Positions 40,655-55,045 are shown, numbered from the stretch's first letter. The stretch is 64,000 bases of DNA from Vulcanimicrobiota bacterium (GCA_963714015.1 OY970223.1:1376001-1440000), one strand, 5' to 3'. Program-made: numbers and translations. The notes: a model not told the origin generated them from the letters alone.

Positions 40655-41149
40655 ATGGCAAGCGAATCATCCTTCGACGTCGTTTCGAAAGTCGATCGGC
40701 AAGAACTGGACAACGCCCTGAATCAAGCGCGTAAAGAGATCGGCGGCCGGTTCGATTTCAAAAACAGCAAAACCGAGATTGAATTCGACGGCAAATCAGT
40801 CGTCACGGTTCTTTCCGACGACGAGCTGAAAATGAAGAACGTGATGGACGTCATCCAGTCTAAGGCCGTCAAACGCGGGATAGAGATAAAGGCCTTGGAC
40901 TTCGGTAAAGTCGAGCCGGCTTCGCAGAACGCGGTTCGCCAGACGATCACCATCAAGAGCGGCATTCCCAAAGACAAGAGTAAGCCGCTGATGGAAGCCA
41001 TCAAAAACCTCAAACTCAAAGTCAGCGCGCAGTATCAGGACGAGCAGATCCGCGTTTCCGGCAAGAACCGCGACGATCTGCAAAAAGTCATCGCGCATCT
41101 CAAAGGCATGGAGTACGAGTTGCCGCTGCAGTTCGTCAATTATCGATGA
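40655..41149 (+). CDS. yajQ: YajQ family nucleotide/c-di-GMP-binding protein
   Basis: SFDVVS, RFDFK, RVSGKNRDDLQ, LQFVNYR. Confidence 0.95.
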   Translation: MASESSFDVVSKVDRQELDNALNQARKEIGGRFDFKNSKTEIEFDGKSVVTVLSDDELKMKNVMDVIQSKAVKRGIEIKALDFGKVEPASQNAVRQTITIKSGIPKDKSKPLMEAIKNLKLKVSAQYQDEQIRVSGKNRDDLQKVIAHLKGMEYELPLQFVNYR

Positions 41150-41171
41150 AAAGGCCGCTCCGCAGGCAATT

Positions 41172-42545
41172 ATGGCTAAAGTAGCGTTCGTGTCGCTCGG
41201 GTGCGCGAAAAACCTCGTCGACACCGAGGTGATGATTGCCAAGCTGGGCGCCGCAGGCTGGTCGCTCGCAGGCGATCCGCAAGATGCAGACACCGTCGTC
41301 GTCAATACTTGCGCCTTCATCGATCCGGCCAAAGCGGAGTCTACGGACGCGATTATGGAACAAGCGCAGCTCAAGCGCGCCGATCAGCAACTTATCGTCG
41401 CAGGGTGTCTCGCGCAACGGTACGGCGATCAGCTTCAGGCGCTGATTCCGGAGATCGACGGCGTCGTGGGTACCGGAGCGTATGCCGGGATCGTCGAGCT
41501 GCTTGAAGACGCCCGCGCCGGACACCATCCGGTTCGTCTGCAATTCGAGAGCGAACCGGAACATGATTTTTTGCCGCGCCTCGTGACGACGCCCAAGGCC
41601 ACGGCATATTTGAAGATTGCCGAGGGATGCGATCATCCGTGCACGTTCTGCATCATTCCCAAGCTGCGCGGCGCCTTCCGCAGCCGCAGCGAGGAATCGA
41701 TTCTCAAAGAAGCTCGGGCCCTTGCTCAAGCCGGTACTAAAGAATTGATCCTGATCGCTCAAGACACGTCGATGTGGGGCAGAGATCGGGGTTTCCGGCG
41801 CGGCGGCCTCGCGCATCTGCTCGAACGTCTCCACGCGATTGACGATCTGGAATGGATCCGTCTGCTGTACTTGTATCCGGCAACCGTCGACGACGAACTG
41901 GTGCAAGCGATGGCGCAGCTTCCGAAGGTCTGCAAGTATATGGATATGCCGCTGCAGCACGCGCATCCTCAAGTGCTGCGGGCAATGCTGCGGCCGGGGA
42001 ACGGCGAGCGCTACCTCGATATCTTGGCGCAGTTTCGAGGCCGCATCCCCGGCATCACGATGCGCTCGACATTCATCGTCGGATTCCCAGGAGAAACCGA
42101 GGAACACGTAGCTTATTTGGAAGAGTGGATCGAACGGGCACAACTCGACCGCGTCGGATTCTTCGAGTACAGCCGTGAAGAAGACACGCCCAGCGCCGAC
42201 CTTGGTGCGAGAGTTTCCGCCGTGGAAAAACGCCGGCGCCTCGTACGGCTCCGTGAAGCGCAGCGCAAAGCGTCCGAGCGAGCGCGGGCCCGGCGGCTTG
42301 GGCAAACGGTTCCGGTACTCGTCGAGGAACGCCGCGCGCTCCGCAAAACGGACCCGGCACGCTGCGCTTTGAACAGCCCGCAGGCCTGGTTCGGCCGTTC
42401 GGCGGGCGAAGCACCCGGCGTCGACGGCGGCGTCTACTTTACCGGTGAGGCCAGGCTCGGCGAGTTCGCTCAGGTCACGCTGACCGGAAGCGGTCCGTTC
42501 GACTTTTTCGGGGCAGCGTACATTAAGGAAGCAGCGATTGGATAG
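41172..42545 (+). CDS. rimO: Ribosomal protein S12 methylthiotransferase RimO
   Basis: SLGCAKNLVDTE, NTCAFI, AYLKIAEGCDHPCTFC, WIRLLYLYP, APGVDG. Confidence 0.95.
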   Translation: MAKVAFVSLGCAKNLVDTEVMIAKLGAAGWSLAGDPQDADTVVVNTCAFIDPAKAESTDAIMEQAQLKRADQQLIVAGCLAQRYGDQLQALIPEIDGVVGTGAYAGIVELLEDARAGHHPVRLQFESEPEHDFLPRLVTTPKATAYLKIAEGCDHPCTFCIIPKLRGAFRSRSEESILKEARALAQAGTKELILIAQDTSMWGRDRGFRRGGLAHLLERLHAIDDLEWIRLLYLYPATVDDELVQAMAQLPKVCKYMDMPLQHAHPQVLRAMLRPGNGERYLDILAQFRGRIPGITMRSTFIVGFPGETEEHVAYLEEWIERAQLDRVGFFEYSREEDTPSADLGARVSAVEKRRRLVRLREAQRKASERARARRLGQTVPVLVEERRALRKTDPARCALNSPQAWFGRSAGEAPGVDGGVYFTGEARLGEFAQVTLTGSGPFDFFGAAYIKEAAIG

Positions 42546-43946
42546 TCAGATTCAGCCGCCGGGCGAAAACAAGCCCGGATTCCTGGCCCGGTTCGGAAAG
42601 ATCGGCGCCATCGTATTGGGCCTGATTCTCGTCGCGCTCGGCTCGACCGTTGCGGGCTTTTCCGTCGCGCAGCATAAAACGCCGTGGCTGGTTATCGCAG
42701 GTATGGCCGTGAGGCCGCTTGCCCCCCCGCCGCAAGAACTCTTCCATCGGGATCACCTCATCGTACTGGTCGAGGGGCTGGACTACGACTACAACGACAA
42801 GGACGAAGAGTATTCGGCGCAATCCCGCAGCGACGTGATAATGGCGGTCAATTTGGATTTCCGCGACGACCGCGCGTACGAATTATCGGTGCCCCGCGAC
42901 ATGGATGCCGTGCTTCCCGACGGCCGGGAAACGAAGATCAACGAAGCCCAGGCCGAAGGCGGCGTTCATGAAGCCTCGGCAGTGATCTCCAAGTGGCTGG
43001 GCATCCCCGGATTCGATCGATACGTCATACTGCGGATCAACACCACCAAGGATCTCATCAACGCCATCGGCGGCGTCAACGTGGACGTCATGAACTCGCA
43101 TGCGTTGATGCACGACGGCGAGCCGAATGGTCCCATCGACTACGACGACGCATGGGGACATCTGAGCATTCACTTCAAACCGGGCATTCAGCACATGAAC
43201 GGCGATCAGGCCGTCAGCTATGCGCGGTTCCGCCACGACTTTTGCGGGGATCCGTGCCGCATTCAGCGCCAGCAGCAAGTGATTCACGCGTTCGTCGACA
43301 AGTTGAAAAACGACAAGATCAACACGCTCCTGCACCTGAATGACTTGGTCGGCGTATTCAATCGCGACGTACAGACGAATTTCTCGCAGCAGGAAGAGAT
43401 CAAGCTTGGCGTTGGCCTTTGCGGACATGCCTCCCGGCGGAATCAAGACCGATCAAGTTCCTTACGTTGCCGACAAGATCGTCTCGGACGGCGGCGACGT
43501 GATTATTCCGGATGAAGCAAAGAAAGAGCAGACTCGTTCAAAACATGCTGATCGATCCGCCCGTCCCGACGCCGTCGCCTGCAGCGGGGGATCTTGCCGC
43601 GATTGCTCCGGCGAGCGTGCGCGTCGACGTCGAGAACGGCTCGGCAGTAAGCGGCATGGCCAAGCGCGTGGCGGACCTGCTTCGCCGGCACGGCTTCGTG
43701 ATCGGAACGGTCGGAAATGCGGACGGCTCCGTCAGTACGACGGAACTTCACGAGCACACACGGATCGAGTACGCGGGGCTGAAGGTCCGCGAAGCGCTCG
43801 GGAAAGCGGCGAGCAACTTTCCGGTCATTGCAGACGTCCAGACATCGGCCACCGCCGCGCCGAGCGCTCAAACGAGCGACGTTACGGTAATCGTCGGATC
43901 CGATCTCGCCTCGATCCTCCAGCAACAGGCTTCGACCCAGCCGTGA
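42538..43946 (+). CDS. LCP (LytR-CpsA-Psr) protein with LytR_C domain (apparent +1 frameshifts near 43402 and 43531)
   Basis: RSDVIM, SVPRD, KINEA, ARFRHD, RIQRQQ. Continues as SLALAFADM and then VDVENGS-VGNAD-DVTVIVGSD in successive frames. Confidence 0.85.
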
Positions 43947-44764
43947 ATCGCCGTTTGGCCGCTGCCGCGCTGATTCTCTGCGCGGCGATCGCTTACGCCG
44001 TTTATCGCGTCGTCACGCACGAACGCAACGTTCAGCCTGCAGTCGTCACGCCGCAGATGGATGCTCAGCAAGCGATTTCGCCTTCATTGCCCGGATACGT
44101 TAAGCGGCTGATAAACGAACGCGTATCGTACGGCGATCGATCCTCGCGCCCAAAGCTCATAGCGCTCACGTTCGATGACGGACCGTATCCGATCTACACG
44201 CCGCTGCTCCTCGACGAGTTGCACGAACTCGGCGTTCCAGGCACGTTTTTCTTAATCGGGCGAGACGCCCAACAGTGGCCCGAGTTGGCGCAGCGAATCG
44301 AGCGCGACGGAGACGAAGTTGCAAATCACACCTTGACGCACCCCAATCTCGATCAGGAGCGGGCCGCACAAGTTCGAAACGAAATCACGGGCGGTGCCGG
44401 TGCGCTCTATCCACTGGTGCGCGATCCCTCGGTTCGGAACATGTTCCGGCCGCCGCACGGACGTTACACCGTTCAAACGGTGCGCGTCGCGCAGTCGCTT
44501 GGATACCGGACCATTTTGTGGACGGACGATCCCGGTGACTGGCGAAGCGTCGCGCCGCAAGTGTTGCTCAAGCACATGGAGATTCACGCGACCGCGCCGG
44601 AGATCGTGCTGCTGCATAGCGGCAAGCTCGCGACGATTCAGATCCTGCCCCAGGTCGTGGCGCGTTTTCGTTCGGCGGGCTATCGCTTCGTGACCGTCCG
44701 GGAGCTGCTCGACGCGGTTCCGGTCGCACAAATCAACCACCCCGCCAAACACGCGCTGGAGTAA
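43943..44764 (+). CDS. Polysaccharide deacetylase (CE4/NodB)
   Basis: ALTFDDGP, NHTLTHP, FRPPHG, IVLLH; GTGA overlap with the LCP stop. Confidence 0.92.
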   Translation: MNRRLAAAALILCAAIAYAVYRVVTHERNVQPAVVTPQMDAQQAISPSLPGYVKRLINERVSYGDRSSRPKLIALTFDDGPYPIYTPLLLDELHELGVPGTFFLIGRDAQQWPELAQRIERDGDEVANHTLTHPNLDQERAAQVRNEITGGAGALYPLVRDPSVRNMFRPPHGRYTVQTVRVAQSLGYRTILWTDDPGDWRSVAPQVLLKHMEIHATAPEIVLLHSGKLATIQILPQVVARFRSAGYRFVTVRELLDAVPVAQINHPAKHALE

Positions 44765-44768
44765 GACG

Positions 44769-45017
44769 ATGCCCAGAGAGATCATCGACACGGAGTCCAG
44801 CCGGCCGCGATACGTCAGGCGGGTGGCTCTGTCGATCGCGCTGGCGGCGATCCTCTTGGCCGTACTGATCTACTTCGCGTACGCCGTGTGGGGCCACCGG
44901 GCGGTGGGGCAGCGCGGAGGGAATGCCTTCCCGGCGCGTGTATCCTGGCAACCGAGAATTCCGTCCCGGACCGGGTCTGCGGGACCATCCAAGGAGAATC
45001 CATGTTTCGTCGCCTGA
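44769..45017 (+). CDS. Small hypothetical membrane protein
   Basis: Single TM helix; ATG shortly after the upstream stop. Confidence 0.45.
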   Translation: MPREIIDTESSRPRYVRRVALSIALAAILLAVLIYFAYAVWGHRAVGQRGGNAFPARVSWQPRIPSRTGSAGPSKENPCFVA

Positions 45018-46106
45018 CCCTCGGAATTTTGCTGCTCGCCGGCGTCACCGCGGCGGCTTGCAGCTCCAACGTGAACACGCCCTCGACCGGCGGCGTGCCC
45101 GGGGTCGGCCCGAACTTCACGACCAATACGATCTACGTCGCAAACACTTCGGTGAATGCGGTTTACATCTACACGCCCTCACCCAGCCCCAGCGCCACGC
45201 CGCAGTACCAGATCGCGGGAACGAGCACCGGTCTCATCGGCCCGATGTACATGGCGTTCAATTCTTCGCAGCGAGCTGTACGTTACCAACTACAACGCGG
45301 CAACGAAGCAGTCGGCGATCGAAATCTACGAACAGTTCGCGACCGGCGACGTTCTGCCGTTCAACGGTTTCTCGCTGCCTTCGGGCGACGTTCCCCGCGG
45401 CATAGCGTTTATGCCGGACGGCGACTTTGCCATCGCGGTCTCCGCAGTGCCGCAGACACTCTTCGACGCCGTCTACATTTACGACGACTCCAATTTGGCA
45501 GTGACGACCATCGGCGGATCCAGCACGCGCCTCGATGCACCGGTCGGCGTAGCCGTCGATGCAAACAGCAACGTCTATGCGGCCAACAGCGGCAACGGAT
45601 CCGTCACTGTGTACGCGCTGCCTTCGGCCTCGCCCACTCCCAGCGGATCCCCGTCTTCCTCGCCGACGCCGACTCCGACTCCCACGGTAAACCCGAGCGT
45701 AAGTCCGTCGCCGACGCCGATTCCAACGCCGGTTTCCGATAATCTGGCGCCTGTGCTCCTCATCACAAGCGGATTGACTTCACCGCAGGGCATTGTGCTG
45801 GACTCGAAGGGCGACCTATACGTTGCCGACTCGGGCAGCAGTTCCGTCGCGCCGTCGATCGACATCTTCAGGGCTCCGCTCTCGAACGGCATGCCGGTCT
45901 CGGTAAAGATCACCAGCAGCGCCCTTTCCTTCCCCACGGACGTGAAGGTCGATGCGAGCGGAACGATTTACGTGATGGACGCCGGCACATCGGCGGGGAC
46001 GAGCAAGCTGCTGATTTTCCATGCCGGCACGGCCGGTAACGCGACGCCGGCAACGACGGTAAAAATGCCGCAAGGCACCTCGACGGGGATCGCCTTATCC
46101 CCCTGA
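45002..46106 (+). CDS. NHL-repeat beta-propeller lipoprotein (apparent +1 frameshift near 45268)
   Basis: AAGGAG RBS, lipobox AAAC, repeats PxGxAxD-xYVA, internal Pro/Thr/Ser linker. Confidence 0.8.
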
Positions 46107-46156
46107 CCAGGAGCGGTGAACGCGCCGCGCTCGATCGCTTCGCACTGCTGACGCGC

Positions 46157-48280
46157 TTGCCGGCGCTCGCATCGCTCGAAGAAAAGAGCGCTGCGCTCGC
46201 CGACGCAGCGTATGCCACGACGCCGTGTTCCCGCGCGAGCGTCGTTGTCTTTGGTGAAGACCGCCCTTACTATGCGTGCGCACCCGGCGGTGAAGGGTTT
46301 CGGCTGCGTGACGAGTCCCTCGGACTGCGGCGTTTGCTCTTTCCGGCGCTCGCCAAATTCGCAACGCCGGGTGCGTTCTACGTGCCTCTCTCCTCGCTGC
46401 GTTCGCTGGCCGGAGTCTCGAACTATCGACCCAATGCCGATTTGCTGATTCTGCCGCTCGAAACGGGCGAGTCGCCGATCGGCGCGCTGGTCTTCGACGT
46501 CGATGCCGATCCCGGCGAACAGGCGGTGCGCGATCTGCGCATTTTTGCCGACGTTGCGGCTTGGATGATCGCCCACGAACGGGCGGTCTCGGCAGCGGAG
46601 CGTGAGGCCAAGCAGAGCGCTCTGCTGGCGACGATTAACGAACGTGCCCGCCGATCGCTGGACCGCCAGACGATTCTGGAAACGGTGGCGGAAGACGTGC
46701 GCGCCGCATTCAACGCGATGCGTTGCGCGGTTTTCGCGCGCGACTCGCAACAACCCGACGTCGTGCGCGTTATCGCAAGAGCCGAATCCAAGGGCTGCAA
46801 AACTTCCATCCCGGATTCAATACGAATGGGCACATCGTGGGTCGAGCGCGCCTTCGCCGGTTCGGTCGTCGGTCGCGAGGAAGTGAGTGCGGAAAATCCG
46901 CGCGATGCGCTGCTTCGCGAGTCCGGAGCCGCATCGGCACTGCTCGTGCCGCTTGTCGTCGAAGGCAAGGTGGAACATTCACTCGGACTGCACTTCTCCG
47001 CTCCCCATGCGTTCGACGAGATCGACATCGTCATGCTGCGATCGGTCGCCTCACACATCGGCCTGGCGCTGGCGAACGTTCAGTTATACGATCTGGAACG
47101 TTTGCGACGCGCGCGCGCAGAATCGCTGGAACGCGTCGTCCGGATGCTGCGCGACACGCAGACGATGGAAGAAGTGCTTCTCGTCTTTGCGGTCACCGTT
47201 TCTCATGAGGTGAGGTTGACGTGCGCGGTGTACGAGTTGGAGGGCAAAACCGCGACGCGAAAGGCCATGCGCGCCGTCGAGTCCGCGCGAAACGGTACTC
47301 CGCCCAGCGTGGAGGCCTCGTACTTGCTGCCGCTGCTCGAGCGTGAACATGCGGTTTTGAGCAGCGCCCTAGGGGGCCGGCTGCGCCAGCACCTGTTCGC
47401 CGGCTGCGAGGGAGTGCTCGCATCACTGAGCATCGACGGCAACCTCTGGGGTTTCGCCGTTTTTTCGGCGTCGGCCGGCACCTACGATTGGAATGACTCC
47501 GAGCGGCGCGTTTATTTTCGCATGCTCGCCTCGCATCTGGAACTAGCGCTTGCGGGCGCTCTCGGTTTCGAGCGGATACAACAACTGGCGCGAGCGCTCT
47601 CCGAAAGCAACGAGTTCAAAGACGATCTGCTCGCCATGCTCGCGCACGATTTCAAAGGCCCGCTGACCGTCATCTTGGGGTACGTCGAGTTACTCCTCGA
47701 GAACGCTCCGCCGGAAGTACGCGACGATTTGGAAACGATCTACGCGCAAACCAAACGTCTCGTTCGACTTTCGGAAGACGCCGTCGCTCTGGCGCAGACT
47801 CAGGCCGGGGGATTTTCGCTGGAGCGTTCGATACTCGACTTGCGCGAGGTTGTCGCGGCCAGCGTCAAAGCGCACAACCGCGGCGAGGATCGGATTGGGT
47901 TCGAAGCGGGATCGCAGCCGGTTCCCGTTTGGCTGGACGCCCCGCGCTTCAACCACGTGCTGGACAACTTGCTCATGAACGCGCTCAAGTATTCGCACGA
48001 CGAGGTAACGGTGCGGCTCAGCCAAGCCGGCGGCAACGCCACGCTCAGCATCGAGGACCGCGGCATCGGCATTCCCCCCGCGGAACTCGGCGCGGTCTTC
48101 GCGCGTTTCGGACGGGCGAGCAACGCCCGGCGCAAAGGCATTTCGGGGTCCGGCATCGGGCTGTACGTGAGCCGCAAGCTCGTAGAAGTCCACGGCGGCT
48201 CCATCGCCGTTCAGTCGGAAGAGGGGAAAGGGAGTACCTTCACCATCACCTTGCCTCTGGCGGGCGATCATCCGTCTTAA
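46157..48280 (+). CDS. Cytoplasmic multi-GAF sensor histidine kinase (start uncertain)
   Basis: GAF-like segments, H-box AHDFKGPL, N-box [22 protein letters not shown]. Confidence 0.9.
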   Translation: MPALASLEEKSAALADAAYATTPCSRASVVVFGEDRPYYACAPGGEGFRLRDESLGLRRLLFPALAKFATPGAFYVPLSSLRSLAGVSNYRPNADLLILPLETGESPIGALVFDVDADPGEQAVRDLRIFADVAAWMIAHERAVSAAEREAKQSALLATINERARRSLDRQTILETVAEDVRAAFNAMRCAVFARDSQQPDVVRVIARAESKGCKTSIPDSIRMGTSWVERAFAGSVVGREEVSAENPRDALLRESGAASALLVPLVVEGKVEHSLGLHFSAPHAFDEIDIVMLRSVASHIGLALANVQLYDLERLRRARAESLERVVRMLRDTQTMEEVLLVFAVTVSHEVRLTCAVYELEGKTATRKAMRAVESARNGTPPSVEASYLLPLLEREHAVLSSALGGRLRQHLFAGCEGVLASLSIDGNLWGFAVFSASAGTYDWNDSERRVYFRMLASHLELALAGALGFERIQQLARALSESNEFKDDLLAMLAHDFKGPLTVILGYVELLLENAPPEVRDDLETIYAQTKRLVRLSEDAVALAQTQAGGFSLERSILDLREVVAASVKAHNRGEDRIGFEAGSQPVPVWLDAPRFNHVLDNLLMNALKYSHDEVTVRLSQAGGNATLSIEDRGIGIPPAELGAVFARFGRASNARRKGISGSGIGLYVSRKLVEVHGGSIAVQSEEGKGSTFTITLPLAGDHPS

Positions 48281-48345
48281 TTCGAGGTTCGGTCGCAGCC
48301 AGCAAGGCCGAGCGCCGGTTTAAGAGAGAACTGTACTAAAACACC

Positions 48346-50964
<2,619 letters not shown>

Positions 50965-51047
50965 CGGGAGTTCCTTAGTCCGTTCGGGCACATCGGACGG
51001 CCTCCAGGGCCGTTCTTCGTTTAAGCAGCTCCGGCTATGCTAGAACG

Positions 51048-52214
51048 ATGAGGTGGTACGCCGCCGCGCTCGCCGCCGTCGTGATCTTCGCCCTGTTCGT
51101 GCTCGGTGCGGACGTGCTGCGCTCACCACGGTACACGCCCGACGGAGCAGCATACGCGCGTTTCGCGGCGCGCGCGAGCGGGCTTTCCGAGCGCGACTCC
51201 GCCCTTGCCGTGCGCACGTACTACGAACGCACCCCGCTGATGCGCGATGCGCGTTATCGGCCCCTCATCTTGCTCGATCCATCCGTCGCGTTCGAGCGGT
51301 CGCACATCTTCGCGAACCGTCTGCTCTATCCGTCGCTCGTTGCCGCTTTGCTGCCGTTCGCGGGCTTTTCGGCGTTGTTCGCTATCTCCGCAATAGCGTA
51401 CGTACTCTTCGGCGCGGCGCTGTTTTGGCTGCTCGCCCAATTCGGGCGTCTATGGTTGGCGGCGGTTTTGACGATTGCCGCACTCGTCGTTCCGGTCGTG
51501 CGCGAGGCCGCGGCGAGCGATCTCACGGACATGCTCGCAACGATGCTTTGGACGCTGGCTTTGGCGCTGTTGCTGCGGTCGATGCGAGATCGACGCGCGG
51601 TATGGCCGGCTGCGTTCGCAATAATCTCGACGCTGTTCGTTCTCACTAGGCCGGCGCCGTACATGATCGTCGTTCCGGCATTAGCCGCAGCGCTCTGCGC
51701 CGGGGCCTGGACATCGTTCGCAGCATCTCTTGCGAGCGCCGGAGTGTTCGTCGTTGCCGCTATTGCAACCCACGCGTTCGGGATGCGCGAACAACTGGAC
51801 TGGGTGTACCGGCATGCCGTCGCCGGGCGCTCGCCGAGGTTGAGCGAGGCAACGTGGTATCGTACCGCGCTGGCAAGGTCGCTGCGGGCCGTTGCGGCTG
51901 ATGCCGTTCGCGCAGTGATTCCGGTGCCGGCCCTGGTCGCGTGGTTCTTTGCATTACGCGCGCGCCGCGCGAGGGAGACCGCAATCGTTTTGGCTGCTGC
52001 AGCGGTGACCTGTCTTGCAGGCGTGCCGCTCAACCCCGTTCCCGATTCATTCGGGCGCGTTGTTTTCTTGCCGTTGGTGCCGGTTATAGCCGCGACGTTG
52101 GCTTGCGCAGCGGCTACGATTCCGGTTCGGAAGAAAATAGGTATTGAGGCGACGGATTCTGAAGCTGCGGAAATGGAACGTTTGCAAGATCGCCGTCCGG
52201 GTCTTGCGGGTTGA
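51048..52214 (+). CDS. Hypothetical multi-pass membrane protein (GT-C-like)
   Basis: TPDGAAY after the first TM, RLLYP, LTDM, LTRP; about ten TM helices. Confidence 0.6.
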   Translation: MRWYAAALAAVVIFALFVLGADVLRSPRYTPDGAAYARFAARASGLSERDSALAVRTYYERTPLMRDARYRPLILLDPSVAFERSHIFANRLLYPSLVAALLPFAGFSALFAISAIAYVLFGAALFWLLAQFGRLWLAAVLTIAALVVPVVREAAASDLTDMLATMLWTLALALLLRSMRDRRAVWPAAFAIISTLFVLTRPAPYMIVVPALAAALCAGAWTSFAASLASAGVFVVAAIATHAFGMREQLDWVYRHAVAGRSPRLSEATWYRTALARSLRAVAADAVRAVIPVPALVAWFFALRARRARETAIVLAAAAVTCLAGVPLNPVPDSFGRVVFLPLVPVIAATLACAAATIPVRKKIGIEATDSEAAEMERLQDRRPGLAG

Positions 52215-52515
52215 AGCCTTCCTCGAGTCCGTTTCCGAGTGGAATGCCGCCGCGACATCCGAGTCCGTTGGAACCGGTCAGCGCGCCGAGCAATTGTTGA
52301 ACGATCGTCAGCAGCTGCTGCACGAGTCCGCCGCATGCCGACGAGAGGCAATCTCCGCTTTGCGGAACGACCCGCGTGATCTCGTCGTTGCCGGCTGAAC
52401 GCATGCCGGATCCGGACGGCGTATCGGCCGGGCTCTGCGGTGAGGAGCCTATCCCGCCAACCGTCGGGCCGAACAAAGAAGGCGTTCGTTCCTGTACGTT
52501 GTTCATGCCCTGCAC
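52114..52515 (-). CDS. Hypothetical Gly/Ser/Pro-rich protein with LVQQLLTIVQQLL helix
   Basis: Fills the gap before prfB; amphipathic QQLL repeat; overlaps the convergent gene by about 100 bp. Confidence 0.4.
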   Translation of the reverse strand: MQGMNNVQERTPSLFGPTVGGIGSSPQSPADTPSGSGMRSAGNDEITRVVPQSGDCLSSACGGLVQQLLTIVQQLLGALTGSNGLGCRGGIPLGNGLEEGFNPQDPDGDLANVPFPQLQNPSPQYLFSSEPES

Positions 52516-52576
52516 TCACGACGCGCGGCCGTCACGGAAAGGGGCAGTTGCGCACGTCCCGAATCTGAGCGCCGCT

Positions 52577-53675
52577 ATGAGCGACACCCAACTTACCAGC
52601 CTGACCCGCATCTCCGAGCGTTTGCTCGCGCTCAAGGAGCGTCTTTGACTATGCGGGCAAAACGAGGCTGATCAGCGAGCTCGACAGCCGCTCGCGCGCC
52701 GACAACTTCTGGAACGATCCCGATTCGGCGCAACGCGTCATGAAGCAGCTCGCCGAGCTGCGCGCTGACGTCGACGCCATGGACGCGATCTCGCGCGGCG
52801 TGCACGAAGCTCGCGAAATGCTCTCGCTCTTTGCCGACGATCCCGCCGCATCCGACGAAGTGGAAGCGGCGATAACGCAGGCCCAGGAGCGCGTCGAGGC
52901 GCTCGAGATGGCGGCCAATTTCGACGGTGAATTCGATGCGCACAACGCCATCGTCAGCGTCTTTGCAGGTGCCGGGGGAGTGGATGCCGCGGATTGGACG
53001 CAGATGCTTGCGCGGATGTATCTGCGCTGGGCCGACAGTAAGGGATACATCTCTCACGTCGTCGACGAGTCTCCCGCAGAAGAGGCGGGTCTGAAGTCCG
53101 TAACCTTCTTCGTTCGCGGACGCAATGCGTACGGAATGCTCCAGAGCGAGCGCGGCGTCCACCGGCTCGTGCGAATCTCTCCGTTCGATGCGGCTCACCG
53201 GCGGCATACGTCCTTTGCGGCCGTGGACGTGATTCCGGAGATCGAGGCCGGCGAGAACGTCCAAGTCGAAATCAAGCCGGAAGATCTGCGGTTCGAGACG
53301 TTCAAATCGGGCGGCGCCGGGGGCCAGTACGTCAACAAGACCGAGTCGGCGGTAAGAATCATTCACGAGCCGTCGGGCATCATCGTCGCCTCGCAGCAAG
53401 AACGCTCGCAGGCGCAAAATCGGGACGTTGCCATGAGCATCCTGCGGGCAAAACTCGTTCAGCGTGAACTGGAGATGCGTGACAAGCGATTGGCCGAACT
53501 GCGCGGAGAACGCAGCGCCAACGAGTGGGGTTCGCAGATCCGCTCGTATGTGCTCAACCCCTACCAGCTCGTCAAGGATCACCGCACGAACGTTGAAAGC
53601 GGCAATACCCCGGGCGTCCTCGACGGCGACATAGACGCCTTCATTTGGCCGTATCTTCTTCAGCGCCGCGCCTAA
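52577..53675 (+). CDS. prfB: Peptide chain release factor 2 with programmed +1 frameshift
   Basis: AAGGAG-CGT-CTT-TGA-C at 52634-52649; SPF and GGQ motifs in the +1 frame. Confidence 0.97.
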
Positions 53676-55045
53676 GCAGGCGCGAGGCGGGCGGGCTCGC
53701 CGATCCGGTGCTCTGGATAGGCGCCGCGCTTTATGCCGTGCTTTACTTTGCCTTGGGCGCAGCGCGCTACTCGGCCCATCGCAATTTCGTCGATCTCGGA
53801 ATCTTCGCGCAAACGACGGCAAGCGCGTTCGGGTGTTTCTGCAACACTGTGGAGGGCAGTCATTGGGCGTTTCACTTTTCGCCGATCTTGTACGCCGCAG
53901 GCGCGCTGATGAACGTTTTCCCGAGCGCGCTGACGCTGATCGCGATTCAATCTGCCGCGGGCGCGCTTGCGATTCCGCCGGTGTACGCCCTGGTGCGGCG
54001 TTATGCGGATCGGCGAACTGCGCTGCTCGGGGCGCTCGTCGTGGGGCTGTACCCACCGCTCGGCGGAGCAATCTTTAACGACTTTCACGAAAACGGATTA
54101 GCCCCCGCTGCCGTCGCATGGATGCTTTGGGCTTATGACTCCGGACGAATTGCCGCGTTTGCGCTCTTTGCTGCGGCAACGCTGGCGATCAAAGAGGATC
54201 AAGCAATATTCGTTTTGGCGGCGGCAATCTTCGCGTATGCGCGGTATCGCCGAACCTGGCCGCGCGCACTCTTGGCGATGCTGGCGGCCGTTGCCGCCGG
54301 CTGCGTTCTCTACGAATTCTTTTATCGGATTCAGCCTGTAGCGGCGCATACGGCGCATTGGGCGCCGTCGCGCTTCTATGCATGGACCGGCGCGGACCTG
54401 CGAGTGTTGTTTCCGGCGGGCATCCTGCAGCGGTTGGGGTTCATTCTGCTGGTCTTCGTTCCGCTGCTGTTTTTGCCGTTCAGGACGCCTGCCGCGTGGA
54501 TAATGATGCTGCCGCTGTGCGAGGTGTTGTTTTCGCGAGACTCGACGACTTTCACAACCGGCTCGCACTACGCCGGCGCATGGGCCGGGTACGTCTTGTA
54601 TGCGTTCGCCGCTGCGTTGCGCCCGATCTTCGCGCGCGATCCGCGGCGCGTTTATCGATTGCTGCAGTGGTGCTGTGCGATCTGCGTGCTCGAATTTGCC
54701 GCCGCGGATCCGCTGCATCCGGGAGTTTTGCTTCGCGCGCCCGCAGGCGCCGGCGTCAGCCTTGACCACTTCCTGCAAACGCTTCCGCCGCATGTCTCGG
54801 TCGCGACGCAGGAGGAAGCCTACACGCACCTTGCAGCTTCGAATCCGAATGCGGGCGTGTTGCCCGAAACGTCCGCGGGCAGAATCACGGCATGTTTCAT
54901 ATTGATCGATGCCGCCTATCCGCAATCGCCCCGCTTAGTGGAATCCGCGCCGCTCGTGCATGCGCTGTTGAAACGAGAAGAGTATCGCGTCAGCCGGCGC
55001 GACGGCGCAATTACCCTCTATAAGAAGCGTGCCGCGTGTCGCTGA
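53645..55045 (+). CDS. DUF2079-like membrane protein (start uncertain)
   Basis: DLGIFAQ, HFSPIL, DFHE, IKED, HYAG motifs with many TM helices. Confidence 0.75.
   Translation: MAVSSSAPRLSRREAGGLADPVLWIGAALYAVLYFALGAARYSAHRNFVDLGIFAQTTASAFGCFCNTVEGSHWAFHFSPILYAAGALMNVFPSALTLIAIQSAAGALAIPPVYALVRRYADRRTALLGALVVGLYPPLGGAIFNDFHENGLAPAAVAWMLWAYDSGRIAAFALFAAATLAIKEDQAIFVLAAAIFAYARYRRTWPRALLAMLAAVAAGCVLYEFFYRIQPVAAHTAHWAPSRFYAWTGADLRVLFPAGILQRLGFILLVFVPLLFLPFRTPAAWIMMLPLCEVLFSRDSTTFTTGSHYAGAWAGYVLYAFAAALRPIFARDPRRVYRLLQWCCAICVLEFAAADPLHPGVLLRAPAGAGVSLDHFLQTLPPHVSVATQEEAYTHLAASNPNAGVLPETSAGRITACFILIDAAYPQSPRLVESAPLVHALLKREEYRVSRRDGAITLYKKRAACR

Noticed and set aside
45620..45735. Tandem CCGAC(G/T)-like DNA repeats
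   Set aside because: Explained by the coding Pro/Thr/Ser linker of the NHL lipoprotein.
46100..46160. GTG at 46116 after AGGAG as the kinase start
   Set aside because: Out of frame with the kinase and too close to the SD. The true start (TTG 46157 or CTG 46103) is unresolved.
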